From assembly GCA_973895155.1 (NCBI GenBank), contig OZ316892.1, forward strand, positions 22,855,168 to 22,919,167: a DNA stretch of 64,000 nucleotides. Direction: 5' to 3'. Both the position numbers and the translations under genes were made by a program. The stretch comes from Marsupella aquatica. Its lineage: Eukaryota; Plantae; Marchantiophyta. The notes under the pieces are model-generated. The model had not been told where the DNA came from. It did not search any database and saw only the letters and a list, made by a program, of their open reading frames with translations. Shown here one piece after another: positions 12,026 through 26,299 of this stretch. Each line of letters starts with the position of its first letter. Position 1 is the first letter of the stretch.

Positions 12026-15000
12026 TTAAAGAATACCATCTTTGAAAGGGCTGTTCTCCTCGAGCACTTCTAAGGCAAATTTTATCTGCATTGCCAATCG
12101 CAATTCAAGTTTTAAATTAGTCAAACAACACTAACATATCAGACATTCATTTGACAAGAGGTCAATTGCCCCTAAAAACCCCGAGAATCCGGATCTCTGC
12201 CACGTCCTCAGCCTTGCGCCTGTAGTGTGAAGAGAAGGCCGAGATATAAATTCGAAGCTTCAAACATCTATCCAATCATAAAAGCGAAACTACCCCATAA
12301 GGTCAGAAAAGTGGTTACCTGTGAAGTTTCCTGATAGAGAAACCTTGCTATTGCTTCTCGAAAGTCAGGGTCAGGTATGTAGTGAGCGCTATATGTCGCT
12401 CTTGGAATATAACCACGCTGGATCTTGTGCTCCCCTTGAGCTCCAGCTTCAACTTTCTTTAACCCCCACTCAATTGCTGCTTCTATGGCCTGTATCAGGA
12501 AAACCAAGGTAGTACGAGGTATATTAATAACTCTTCACAGAAATTTTGAACGGTGAGAATTCTATACTGCTATCATAGAAGATGCAGAGAAATGCTACGC
12601 GCACATTCAAGGTTCTAGTTTGAGAGGCTAAACAAATGTCCCTTTGGAGTTACTTGAACAGGTAGACATGCAATTCGCAATCAAACACCACCAGGACACA
12701 ATCATCTGAGCCGAAACTAAGCTAATTCAACCCGATGTCCATGTCTCAACTAAGGAGTGGAGAGGCTGAAGGTGACAAGAGATGACATGCCTGATAGTAG
12801 CAAGCCTCAAAGTGCAGGCTAGGATAATAAGTATTGGGAGCACAGCCCCAGTTGCGACCGAAGAGTGTATCGCCACCTATCAAATTCAAAGCACCTCCAA
12901 CAATGTGTCCCTCGTCCTCAGCCACAACAAGGAGGACACGGTCTCCCAACCGAGATCCCATGATGTGGAAAAACTCACGAGATAGATAAGCCTGTCCCCA
13001 TCTATGTAACGTTGCACAAATGTTAGGTGACTTAAGAGGCCCAATAAATGCTGTTACTCACACCATGCAAAGTATTCTAAGACCAGTATAAAATAAGCCT
13101 TATTCTAAAAAAATGGATTGAGGATGTTCCAGAAATTAATCATCGATTTGCTTGGTTCGAACCCAATCCACATGGGAAATTGCAACCGGAAAGTCTGTTT
13201 TGTTTGTCTTTCTAGTTTCTGTACTGGTAAGCAACAAAAAGAAGTTACTTTAAGACCAATCTCTTGTTAACGAAACCTGCCCGTCATCGAGTGTAAATTT
13301 TTAAACTTCGAAGCTACTACTTGAAATTAATTACCCCTATAAGATTGATTTCACGTTGCCCTCACCACATCTTCCAATCAACAGCGAAGTAACATCATTC
13401 GCATCCTACATATGGGAGTGAATTGTCTCATGAAAAACGTCATTCACAACGTCTGATTACCATTCCACTAGTCCATATAGTGCAAACCTGTCAGTATATT
13501 TACTGTATTTTAGTACCTCTTCGGACTCCCTAAGCTTTCCTGAGACCTTTGTGGTCACAGAAAACATTGATTGTGAGAGTTTCAACCTTGAGATCCGCAA
13601 AATTCCTTTAACGCGTATTCTACTGCGTACTTTAAAGCCATTAGAAAACCACATGTGATTTAACCTGTGTTGGCAAACTGCGTTGCCGGGAGATGATAAC
13701 AAAATGCAAGGGGCCTTACTTGTTGTCTGTTGTGTTGCGATAGAAGTCATAAAACGAATCCCAGTGATGTGACTGCACGAATACCAAAGATTACTTCATG
13801 GTCAGACAAAGAAGAGCTCATTCCTTACTAAACATTTTCAATAAAACTAAGACTCGAAAAGCAAGAACTAAAGTCAGCGAGGAACAAAACAATTGTCAAT
13901 TGTAATGACCAGGGTATTTTGTTCAAATGAACATATAAAGCAGGACAGTAAGAGCGCAGACAAGACTTCTTCGCTTCCTTACTAAATGTATCGAAGTCCA
14001 GATCTACTATGGAACACGGAAGCGTACCATCAGCTAAAGTGACAAATATTACCTTGATGTCGTCGCCTCTTAACCGCTTCATGACCAGACTTTGGGTGTG
14101 AATCTGCACCCACCCACACCATGGAATATGTGCTCACTAAAACTGAAAAGTGAGCAATTTTTAGCCCCATCACATGATAAACACATAAATACCAGCAATG
14201 ACATCTGCCAGGAGAATCTGACAAGATTAAAGGAGTACCTTTTTGCGTTCTTGCCGTATATTTTTCCTCTTGCTCTGCTTCAAATCCATCAGAAAGTCGT
14301 CGAAGCTGAAAAGCATTCCAATGGACTTGAGATGAGACAAAGTCATGAAAGATTTCGACTTTCATACATTAAAAGTGAGGGTTTCGACGTGTTATGGACG
14401 TGGAACTGCATACACCGGCCCATGCAATTTCTAATGTTAAGCGACGATACGTGTGCACTTCACGTGTCTGCAACATTGCAACTTGTCCTACCTTTGCCAG
14501 ATCATTCAACAAGCACGAAAGTACAGATCTAAGTCTGAAGATACATTGTAGAAGCACGCCACGGAAAGGAAGAAGTCCAAAACAGGTTTGTGTAATTTCC
14601 TGGACCCTGGATAGTACATTTGAAAAATCTCTTCAAACTGAGCTTTGAATCATTAAAAAAAGCTCACAAACCCTGTTCTTTTCTCTTACTAGTACAACTC
14701 TAATTCTCACCTCCTGTAATCGCGGTTTTCCCAATGGTACTGCATCCCAATGCGCTGGAGGAAGCCCATCTTACCCATTTTAACCCACTCCTCCTGATTG
14801 GGAAATGTCACATGCACAGATGACACCTTCATCTGCTTCAACAGAAAAGGATTCTTAGCCAGGTTGAACTATATTATCTACATTGGATCTCTGCAGTGTA
14901 TACATATTAGAACATCGTCAACTTCAATTCACCTGGTTGGGTGTCCCGAGATTAAAGATCCTGTCAAATAATCCGGTGCCACGAAGTAATCGATTTCATT

Positions 15001-17386
15001 CATAACTCACAATTAGATACAATTTCGCTTTAATCATGTTACTGACTTAGCAGGACGACACTTCTCCACCAGGACTGACAGCTTGAAAATGCAAAAGGGA
15101 TAGCCAACTAAAAAATTATGCCGAGGTTTCTGTTGAAGTCAAGACTACCAGGACAGTGCCTGATTCCCAACAGTGAGCTTCAAACATGCAGGCTAGACAA
15201 GCCAGAAGACGTTCGCTGCTAGATTCGGGCAATCAAGCAAAAACGGACTTCTTTATCATCAACTCACATCAAGCCATCAAAGTCAAGATGGTGTACTTGA
15301 TGAGTAAGTTGTTGCATAGCCTTGCACAGACCATCAAAGACTTGATTCTTGTTCGGCCCTCCACGTACAAGTATCCGAGGTCCTGTTGCAGGTGTGAAAG
15401 GCACACAACACTGCAGTTTTGGATAATATGAACCCCCATAGCGAAAATATGCACTAGCCCAGGAGTGATCAAATACATACTCACCATACGAGTGACTGCA
15501 AAAAGCGTTGCAGAAAAATCAATCAAACAATGCGTTCATTTCTGGTTTCCAACTTCTCATTATATTCTCATGAAAATGAAACATAGTGGATCCAAAATAC
15601 GATATTTTATGAGATAGACGGTAATGATCTACGAGAATGTATGCAGATACCTAGACAAGGCTTGCCCAGATACTCTTAAGTAATTGATGTTCCATCATAA
15701 ACGCCTGCTTGGCCTTAGGTCCTGAACGCTAATAATAAGGGAAAACTTGGACAAATATTGAGCACTCAGGTGGGAAACTCTTGCATTACGAAAAGGTTTT
15801 GTAAGAGATAGAAACTTATTCATCTTTTGGGGAGTGGAGGTTCCTTTGCCGAGAGGGAAAAGTCTCTTCAAGAAATGGGGAACTAAGTCATAATCTCCTC
15901 TAGAAGTACACGCATGGAGTGAAAACTTGCTTTTGAATCAGTGAGCCCACGGTGAACTGTGCCCCACTCTACTTTTAAACGCAATGTTACCCTTAGAGTT
16001 TGGGAGTACAATGAGATCTGAACGTCTACAATATTAGCTTCACACTTGTGATAATATCACAATGACAACTAGACGATATCCTCCATAAAAATTGTAAGAG
16101 CTGACGACAGAGTAGCTTAAAATAGGCTCATGAGGAAATCACAAAGACAAAACCACCTGGGACATAAATCTGCAACTGGGGGGAATGAGGTTTCTACCTA
16201 ACTCTTACCTTTTATAGTAGAGGGGAACAACGCCTAACGCATTGCCAGCTTCATCTCGGGCTACAAGATGTTGAGCCACCCATCCTTCCTCCTATACAAA
16301 TTTATCAGTCAGCTCACAAATGATAGCAATGTTTGCAAAACATGTGACTGCCTTTTATGAGAATCTGAGAAGGGCATCAAGACATTGTCAACTGCGTCCT
16401 CTTCCTTCTACTCACCGGAGTAGCACTCTTGCTTTCCTCCAGGCTCAGTAGAAATGCATGCGAGACGAATGGGTTGGCGCATTCAGGCCCTGCTGCATCA
16501 ATAGCGCATGCATCCCAGTCTTCCTCAGGAATCAAAGATATCGATGAAACCACAGACACAGTGATTGTAGATAAAGGCTCCGGAATAGCTGCTCTCTCCT
16601 CTACGCTGCCAGGAGATACCTGCTTCTTACGCAGCCAAGAAACCTGGACACATCAGAATTTCCAGACGTACACGAAAGAAAACAGAGTAAAAGACAACAA
16701 CTGCTTCCGTAGACTCAGTAAGACTTCAGCGTATGCAGGTAGACTTACCTCGGCAGCTGAGCCAGTGGCCTGCTCTGCTGAAATAGTGAAGTCACACTGA
16801 GATGGTTGCAACACCGGTTTGCTTCTCTTCTGCCCCCAGAAGAATGCCCTCGTAACTAGCTTCCTTCCACCTCTTTCTTTCCTTCTACCATTCAACAATT
16901 CCTGAGAACAACTCATGCAATTTTATGAGTGCGGATAACTGGTGGCCCAATTTAACCAAACTGTCATTTCTAGTGACTGCTTTCCGAATTTAGGCATCCT
17001 CGAGACATTTCTAGGCCTAGAAAAACCACTGGAGAGCTTGCAGAGTGGCTGCTACACCAAAGAGCTGTCGATAGAAAAGGTTAAAAACCAAGCGAGCTCT
17101 TCGGCACTACATTTGTTTGCAGTCTACAAAACTTGCAGAATCAAAGGGCATTTTTATTGTCACACAGACCACAGAAAACCTCTCTTGAAACGACCCACTT
17201 GTACTCCGGTAGACACGAACACCAGAAACCCAGCTGAAATGGAAAACAGCACCGGACAGTACTCGAGACTCTCAAAGAGGTATAGCTATGGCCCCTCATC
17301 GAGATCCACACCTGGGTTGCAGCAGTCTGACGCGCAGCACCGAATCCGAGAGAAGCACCCACGATCGAAGCTGATACTGCGGCCAT
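12026..17386 (-). CDS. DUF482/FemAB-like GNAT acyl-CoA N-acyltransferase family protein, probably plastid-targeted
   Basis: Phase-consistent exons (minus strand): 17386-17312, 16901-16749, 16619-16416, 16291-16209, 15495-15297, 14832-14711, 14305-14239, 14103-14053, 13772-13720, 13001-12791, 12489-12319, 12085-12026. Motifs: NPFVSHAFLLSLE, KSHSYGEYVFDHSWA, YPKLQCCVPFTPATGPR, QYHWENR, GRNWGC, LHFEACYYQAIE, EAGAQGEHKIQRGY, ENSPFK. The 5' exon(s) are less certain. Confidence 0.9.
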
Positions 17387-17869
17387 CTCCACTACCACCA
17401 CCACCAAGAACAACAAAAACAACAGCACCAAGTCTCCAGCGAAATAGTAACAGAGTTGCAACTCGCAACTTCTGCTCTGCTCTGGACCGAATGCAAAGCT
17501 TCGTCTGAGGGGCTGATTCTCTTGCTACTGCTGTACTCTGGTGCCGCAGCATTAATTGTTTTTTATTACACTAAATATCGCATGCCCAGAATGTATGAAA
17601 ATGAGCTCCCATCCACCAAGAGAATGCTCGGATACCTTTTACACCTTCACTTTTTACACCCTCGCTTATTGACATCCTTACCAAACAGTTTACACCTTCA
17701 CCTCATTGACATCCTTCTTGTTTGCCAAGCGCTTTGAGTCATTAGACCCATAGACCTATCACTATAGTAGCCTAACCCTGGACCCAGTAGTCTGTGATAA
17801 GTGGAAAATGATGTACCAAACTGACATACCAAACCAAAAATGATGCACACAAGTTTCCCGGGATCCGTT

Positions 17870-18790
17870 GAGATACAAAATATTTTCCCCATTGAGATCA
17901 ATTGCAAAAAAGTTTGGGAAACTTTTGGAAAGTCTAACAGCAGTTATTCAAGCAGGTTACACAAATTTTTGGATGCAATTAAATGCGAGGCATGTATCAT
18001 TATCTCCTTACAAAAGAGATGTTCTTGACGACGGAGACAAGGGGTGTGAGAATCTTTATGAGGGAGAGCTAGGTGTTACCCTCTGGATTTTTCAGTGGTT
18101 ACATTTAATCACTGTCCAATTGATCTTGGTATCTTTGTGACAGTTTACTGATAGCACAAGCCTCAAATAGTTTTGGAGAAATGTAGTCAAAAGAGACCTT
18201 GAACATAGGATGAGCTTTACAGACATGTCCATTGACACCCTTTTTTTCCAAATAGTTTTCAAAAGCAAAGTTTGACCTTTAATATCTCCCTTCAGATCCA
18301 ATGTAAGAGGAGCTTCTTTTACTTGTGAGAAGAGGTTTGGGAATATCTTTCCAACCAGTCTAATATCCATAGTTTTTATGAAAAGTTGAAAGAGTTGTGA
18401 ATTTTAAAAGGCTACTCCATCACTCAGTGTCACTTTGTGCTTCCGGATGTTTTAAAGTAGCTAACTTTGGCATTCATTATCTCCCTCTATATCAATGGAA
18501 TCTAATTTTAGTAGGTTTGCTAGAAACTGCTCATAAAGATCTTTCCAATGATCCTAATATATCTAATTTTCATGGAGAGTTGAGAGATTTACATATTTCC
18601 AAAGACAGCCCTCATTTTCTTGCCACATTTCACTCATTTGCGTAATATGTACAGGAAATTTCGCCACGTGAACACAAAATGAGGGTTTTGTTGCAATTCC
18701 TGGCTTCCAAAAGTGTATTGGTGCATTTTGGAAATGGATGTCCACCTGGATATCCCTTTGCAAAATATACTCACTTGTTTTCATTATATT
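17870..18790 (-). pseudogene. Degenerate coding-like dispersed repeat (copy 1), probable TE remnant
   Basis: Nucleotide similarity to ~27130-27590 (atatctttccaaccagtctaatat...gagttgtgaattttaaaa vs atatttttccaactagcctaatat...gacttgtgaatttctaaaa). Broken ORFs. Family not recognised. Confidence 0.45.
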
Positions 18791-19226
18791 TTAAGAATAA
18801 AGATATACACTGAATCTATACTATACTCTATATTCTCTATATTGCAACCAGAGTCAATACTATGATTTGCATCTAAATCTATATTATAATTTGCTATCAA
18901 CTTGTATTGTTCATGAACTACTTGGTAGAGTGAAGCCAAGGCCATAATTTCTCTGCTAAGAGAAAATTCTGATATTGCTAACATTTAGATGTTATAATCT
19001 GCATTCAAAGTCTACCGTTCATGACCAACTCAGTAGAGTGCATGACCTACTTGGTAGAATGAAGCCATATGCTGTGATTTATCTGTGTAACACAAAAAAT
19101 TTGATATTGCACCCAGTCTCCTGATCTTTGAATCACAAGATATGCATAATAATCTTGTTTTGCAAAATGGAGAAATTGACATGGAATGCTTACCAAAGTA
19201 AGTAATTAAATATATACTAGATTTTG

Positions 19227-19405
19227 GAGGTATTTGCTTGATAGACCCCCAAAATGAAACTTGTTACTTGATCAACCCCCTGAGGTCTATAAACGGTCCA
19301 GATCTGAGATCGAAAGGTCCATCAATGGTCCAGATTGGGGAAAAGTATCGAGGGAGTTGATTAAGCAAACTTCTTCCAGAAGGGGGTCTACTAAGCATAT
19401 CTCTC
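19227..19405. mobile_element. Mutator-like MITE (~179 bp)
   Basis: 9-bp TSD tagattttg (19218-19226 and 19406-19414). Imperfect ~55-bp TIRs beginning GAGGTATTTGCTTGATAGACCCC / GGGGTCTACTAAGCATATCTCTC. Confidence 0.85.
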
Positions 19406-20907
19406 TAGATTTTGTGATCAAAGTCTATCATTCATGACCTACTTTGCAAAGTGAAACGATAAGCCGTTATTTCTCTGGTGACACACAATTTTGATATTTA
19501 GACTATCTTGTGAGTATGGATGGTCATGGAAAGTCCAGGTATGGGAAGTGCTTCCTGTGCGTACACACAACTATTTGGGCTAGGTTAAAAGGTGAGTATT
19601 TACTAGGGTATTTACATTGAGTTGCTTTAAAAATTTAGAAATTTATTTTGAGGTTTCACAATGACCCCAAAATAATTTCATGATTAATTATCTTTTGCGC
19701 CAACTGGGAGGTCCCTCCACTAAACCTCATGCAGCCCACAGAGCACATCATTCCGCAGTACAGCTAATATCTTATTCATTCACCTACAGAGCAATGTTTT
19801 GTTTTGGCTATTTATTGGCAGAAACCTCCACCTGCTTAGCTTTGGCTAATCAGTACAAAGGGGAAAAAATGATCAACTTGAACAAAAAAATTCCCAAAAC
19901 GGCCTCCTCCGTTGGATCCACCCTGACAAGAGTGGGCCATTGATGGATTAGCTAGGACTCACTAGATAGTGGCAACTGGCTCAGTTTGTCACTTGCTAGT
20001 ATCATCCTGGGTACCATTTCAACCTTAGCTTGTCTGATTGTTGCATTTGTTGCAGGTTTGATGATCTAAATCTGCTTTAGATGGTTGAAGATTTATTTAT
20101 TAGATGCTTCAATTGGTTTGATGGTCTACAATATAAATGTCCATTATAGAGTGAAAACATTTAGAAACACAATAGATTGCCCTTCTGTATTTGAGCTACA
20201 TACTTATTACAGAATTACAACTTTCAATCAATAATACCTATAAATACTTAAATAAGTACTTTAAGCTCAGTGTGCAAATTAACACATATTTATCTGCCTC
20301 ATTCAAAAACTGGTGCAGCAAGAAAGATAGACTTAGTTTCCAAGTTAGGGCTTTCTTCCCCCTAGGAAAAGGATTAATTACCAGGCTTATGAATCCCACT
20401 GACTTGAAATACTTAGATGTCCAATTATTGAAGCCTAAGAATTAAAACAATATTCAAGTTTATCACCAAAGTTTTGAAATGTTCATCTCATATTCCAATG
20501 TACATACATAGTCAAAAGTTGCATCTCTCTTGTGTGATGTTAGTCATTGTACTCTTTCTCCTTCTTGATTTTTGATACCTAGGTGTAATTTTACACAATG
20601 TTGATATTTATATTTGTTTTGTAAAGAAAGGGAAAACCAAGCCCCACAACTCACTAAACATTTTGGACAAGGAGCCTCTGTCCAATCTAGTAATTGAACA
20701 ATAATTTCTTCTCCCAGCTGTTCCACTGTACATCTAGCTGTCTGGTCAACCCATCCAATTCTCGATCCTTAGAGTAATGTCGTCCTTGAAGGCTTCATTT
20801 CCTTTGTCCTCAATCAAAACTATAGCCCAACCACTGGGCTGCATTTTTCAGTGTCATTGCTGAATGGAAGGAATGGAGTGGAAGGGGTCACTTGGGATTT
20901 AGCCACC

Positions 20908-23900
20908 ATGGCAACGGCTTGTTCAGGGATGATGACCTTTACGGTTTCACCGCTGGTTGCTCTATCCGTGGCTTCATCATCACCTTCATCCTCCTCCTCA
21001 ACATCATGCGTCTCTGCTTCGTTTTCAGTCAATCTACCCAAAAATTACAATGGCCTTAGCAGATCCCTTCCGTCCAGATTATTAGCCTCCCGCTCTGCCT
21101 CCCTCTTCTTGAAGAAGAAGCTCCACCTTTCATCTTCTACTAACTCCGGAGCAGCCAAGACATCTGTGGTTTCTACAGTGAGTTTGCTTTCTTTACTTCT
21201 CTTGTCTTAGTTGTCTTTTGCCCTTCTTGCCATGTTGCCATTCTTCCATCTGCGCCGGCTATGGCTCAAGGGCTATCTTTTCTTCACCCGTCAATATGTG
21301 ATAGCCATCTGGTGTGAGGCTCAACATGTGACAACCAAGTTTGGCTTTTGCATACAGTACAGATAAATTGAGTTTGATTGAGATGTGTCATGCAATTATA
21401 AGAAGAAACTCTCTCCTGTAAAACATAGAGCAAGGATAGTTATGTCCAAGATTGAACACTGATCTTTACAATTCTTGGCTGCTCGTGACACTCTAAGGTA
21501 CCAGTGCACACTAGTTTAGTTAGTGACATTAGCTAAGAATTTCAAATGTCAAAGGCAAGCAATTATATTCTTTTATCTGTGCATGTAATTCTGTCCTGAG
21601 TGTGTTCCCTTCCTAGATGTTGTATCAATTTAAGGCAGATTGTGTTGATGAAGTAGATACAAGCCTCAATAAATTGAAAAGGTAAAGGTGCACAAAGGCA
21701 TTTGTCACCCTCCCATCTTGAAGCGTCTCGTACCCTATTAATGTTTTTTTTTAAATTGAGAGCATTTTGTGAAGCATAGGGACGGCTTACCATCCATTGA
21801 AAAGTTTGCCTACACTATAAAAATATATTAGCCACATCAATCTTTGGTATCTTATTCAATATTGTATTGTAATATTTTCTAGGCTATTTTATGAAAAGGG
21901 TAGAATAGGATAGAGAAGGTTTATTACCTTGATGCTTGCGGTGTCTTATTGCTCCTTGGGCACATCGCCCTGCTTATGAAAACCATTACTCCTGTTTGTG
22001 TATTCGTCGGCAAGGGTGTTCACTCCCAATTGAAACTGGAGTTCTCAAATTCTCCCTTGCCCATTCTCCTTTCCTTATTCTTCCTGTATGTCATGTTAAT
22101 GGGAAGCACAACGTACCATCTCAATGAATCAGTCTGATGTTTAAGGGTTTGCAAATTTTGTTGTGCATTTCAGTGACTTGTCCGTGCATCTTTCACGTGC
22201 AGTCCTCTGACCTTCCATTGGTTGGAAACATTGCACCCAATTTTGAAGCTGAGGCCGTCTTTGACCAGGAGTTTGTCAAGGTATTTTGGGACCATAAATG
22301 TAGAACAGATTAATTTGCTGAGCTCCACATTGAGGCAAGTTGGGATGTTCAATTCCCTACTATTTGGAGGGACAATGAGTTTGGATTGTGTATCTTATAT
22401 TGTCTGATAGTCTCTTGCATTTAAAAAACAAAGAAGGTGATTTACCTGGACAGTGCTCGTTGCAGATCAAACTTTCGGATTATATTGGAAAGAAATATGT
22501 CATAGTTTTCTTCTACCCTTTGGATTTCACCTTTGTGTGTCCTACAGGTAAGCGATCCTAATATTGCCTATCAGATTCCCTCTTAGTTGACAGTAGATAG
22601 TAGACAGTTTAGTTTCAAGTAGTAATATATTAGTTACTTGTTGGGAGCCTCAAAAGCATAAGACAATCTACCCGACCATCTATAAACTACAGTATCATCT
22701 TTGGAGCATGCAACAGTTTGTAAGGGATTATTTACAGGACAATGGGCTAGCAATTATCATTTCTGGTCAATTTTATTTGTAGCATGTTGCCTGCTTCCGT
22801 AATTTTACTCTCTCCCACATCCTTCTCACAGAGATCACTGCTTTTAGTGACAAATACCCAGAATTTGAAAAGCTGAACACAGAAGTGATTGGGGTCTCCA
22901 CAGATAGTGTGGTAAGCCTTGCTCACTTATCCTTATTGTGTTTGTGCCTGATTTGTTGCTCACAAAATCTGTTGCTCAGGTTTTCATCATAAATTTTCTA
23001 AAGCTAACATCAAGTGCATTAACTCAGTTTATCTGTCCAGTTTTCCCACCTTGCATGGATCCAAAGTGATAGGAAGTCTGGAGGTCTTGGAGATTTAAAA
23101 TACCCTCTTGTCTCGGATCTTACTAAGAAGATTTCAAAGGCCTACAGTGTCTTGATTGCTGATCAGGTACATATTCTCAGGATGACAATGCTTTGTCCTA
23201 GACTACTAGCACATTTTGTGAATATCTACAAAGAGGGTCAATTTCCAGATAGAAAATGATTATTGCATCTGTTCACAGAAACCAACGGAGCCCATGCCTG
23301 GAGATGTTCCACTGGTTGGAGGTATTCCAAAGCCAGTGGTACAAACAGAACCTACCAAATCATTTGATGAGAGAACACAAAGATTGAAGAGGCCTTCTAA
23401 TGTCTTTGATATTTACAAGGTCATGGAGTGTGTCAGATTCTTCTTGTTTAGTACAATGTTAGTTGAACTCCCTTATTGCTTTCATACAAAAAAGTTTCAG
23501 CCTCAAGAGGTGTTACCTAGATCCTCCCGGCCAGAGCATGAAATCTGTCAATTCTAGCTCTGATAATTGTCAACGTTTCTATATCTCACTCAAAATCACT
23601 TGAAAAATCTGTCAATGTGGCTTGCTTGGTATGAACCAGCCCATTCATTTGGCATAATCTTATGTAAAAAGCTTTTCTTACAAATCAAGGACATTGGATC
23701 TTTATGGTAATTGAGGGTTGATGCAGGGCATTGCACTTCGTGGTTTGTTCATAATTGACAAGGAGGGCATCATCCAACATGCCACCATCAACAACTTGTC
23801 AATTGGCCGCAGTGTGGACGAGACTCTCCGCACCTTGCAGGTATACTATTTATGCCATCTTCAGGGGCTGTTATGCGGTCTAGACTACACAAAAACTGTA

Positions 23901-24281
23901 GGAAATGTTTTCTAAGTAGTGGCAAGTGGTCACATCTCACTGACACCACATAGTCATAGGGAGTACTTGTTTATAAATCTGCTTTGTTCTAATGATCTTG
24001 TGCCTTTGAGAGGAAGTGTGTGCACCAATTTTTTTGCATTCCTGTTGGAGTCTTGCCTTTCAATTGAAAGTCAAGCGATATCTTCCTTTTGTGATGGACT
24101 TTCTTGTCCTCTTGGAGATAGTTGGCCTTGCATCAGGATCCTCACCACTTATTTGTTGTGCCAGGCAGTACAGTATGTGCAAGAGAACCCAGATGAGGTT
24201 TGCCCTGCTGGGTGGAAGCCAGGTGAAAAGACAATGAAGCAGGACTTGAAGCTGAGCAAAGAATACTTTGCGGCCATATAG
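20908..24281 (+). CDS. BAS1: Chloroplast typical 2-Cys peroxiredoxin (~288 aa precursor)
   Basis: GT-AG exons 20908-21177 (Ser-rich transit peptide), 22203-22280, 22466-22547, 22832-22911, 23041-23166, 23727-23840 and 24165-24281 join in frame. Motifs: [34 protein letters not shown] and C-terminal YF. Confidence 0.96.
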
Positions 24282-26299
24282 GAAGACATGGATTGAAGCC
24301 TTTAAAATACATGCATGGAACATAGTTTTGGAGTTGACCTTAGTAGGAGCAGGTTAAAACGAGATAGTTAGTGGTTCCAAGGTGAGGACACTTTTAGCAT
24401 TCTGAACTTGGCAAATCCCCTCTACACAAATTTCTGGCCATTCCTAGTTTGTCTCTTTGACCTTTCATTATACTTATTGGATTTTGAAACATTCTCCAGA
24501 GTTCTTTCTTAAAGCACCTGATCTGTGCTAGTTGGGGTGCTAGTCAAAGGAACACAGGGTTGGTGTTTGTTGTGGTTCAGAATTATGACTGGTTTAAAAG
24601 ATCATGTTGCTAAGTGGTTTGTCTGCAATGTTATCTTTGTGTTCCCATATTGCTCCAAGAAAACTGGTATATATATTGCTTTTAAGTTTATTTTTGGTGC
24701 AAACTACACTCAATTCTAGTTGACAAATGCATGATCGGGTGAAACACCTTTTTGGTTTGAGTAAGATTGATATATTCTCATGAGACACATGGTAAAAAAT
24801 AGCATTATTGATTCCTCAATCTCTTATAATAACAGTACTTCCAAACAAAACTGACACTATTAGAACCATGCAACAATAACAGTTCACTCTTGCTTGCTCA
24901 TCCTTTTCTCTAATCACTACTTCCCCGGCTATTTCAAGAATTAGTGCTTGGTCCCAAACTATGCTATATAAAGGTGCTATATTACTTGTGCACATTTTAG
25001 TTAGGAAAGAACATAACTTATTTTGACCAGTAGCTTTTGATTACTTAAAGATAACTTTTACTGCAGTAACTGATGACCAACCCAACCACTGATGACCAAC
25101 CCAACCAACAATTACTCTACTTTAGGTGCTACTTGAAAGATATCTCTATTCTTCAACTTAAATCCGAAAGGACTCAAAGGCAAAACACAACACACCAATA
25201 GTATGGAACTATGAATGATCCTTTTTCCTTGATAGCAAACAATGTCCAAATTTTGCAGAGGGAAACAATAGAGGCCGTAGAAAAGTGTGGGTGGTGGAGG
25301 GTTGCATCAAAAGACATTTAAAGTTTGGATTAGCCACCCCAGGATAATAAGAGAGGAGTGAAATGTTTGGGGGGAAGGGAAGTTAGCGTACTCTTGGTCT
25401 CAAAAGACGTATGACTGTGCCATAAAAGTATTGTGTGTGGAATGCTTGGCCAACAAGAGTACAAATAATACCAGTCTTCCCTTTGTTCTCCAAAATGGAA
25501 AATGGCCACGGTAGCAATGCATGATTATTAATACAAGTGACATGGCTTCCTATTGGCCCACCTCTCTCACTGGGTGTGCAGGTGGGCAAAGTGCATTTCC
25601 TCCCTTTTTTTCTCCACCATTTTGCACCTTTTTAAGGGTTGCACTAAGTTACCCTTTGTAAGAGCTTAAAAACACTTACAAATAACGTACCACAGTAGTA
25701 TTCTTTTGACTTACACTTATTGATGAGTGCATTCCTTTTACGTAAAGGAAAAGTTGCACTTATGAGGCAGGGGATCACATTTAGGGGAAGGATGTACAAC
25801 TTAGAACCGAAGTAATGTTAATTGACGCATTGCATGCTGAGGCACTCTAGCTTGAGCATCATGTACTCTATAGCATTTACAATGTATGTGACATGTTTGA
25901 GTTTCTATTGCTGTTGATTCACTTTGTGAAGCTTGATCTGCCATTGTTAACACACCCTGGCAACATCTCTCCTGGCTGTGGTGCCTTGACTATTGCACAT
26001 TACACAATCAAGATCAAACCATATGCTCTTAATATTGATAAATGCAAATTCCAAGTTTCTGCACTTATGATGTACAGTTTGTTGTTTGACAACTACTAGC
26101 TCCAGTGTGGTAATAAGAAACTACTATCGACTCTTAGAGTAGTTGCAGGCTTTACAGTCATGTATTGAAATTCAAATCTTAAGGCATGAACCGACTAAGT
26201 ATTAATGATAAACTTTCATTGGGTTACTATCAGTAAATAAGTTCAACAGTAGGGAGATCCCGTGAAACATGGGGAGTCCTGCTATAAGGTCCGATCCTC

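Noticed and set aside
16942-17508. 188-aa plus-strand ORF
   Set aside because: Starts at GTG, lies antisense to the first exon and intron of the DUF482 gene, and has no recognisable motifs.
20820-21041. Acidic minus-strand ORF (EEEDEGDDE)
   Set aside because: Antisense shadow of the Ser-rich transit-peptide exon of the peroxiredoxin.
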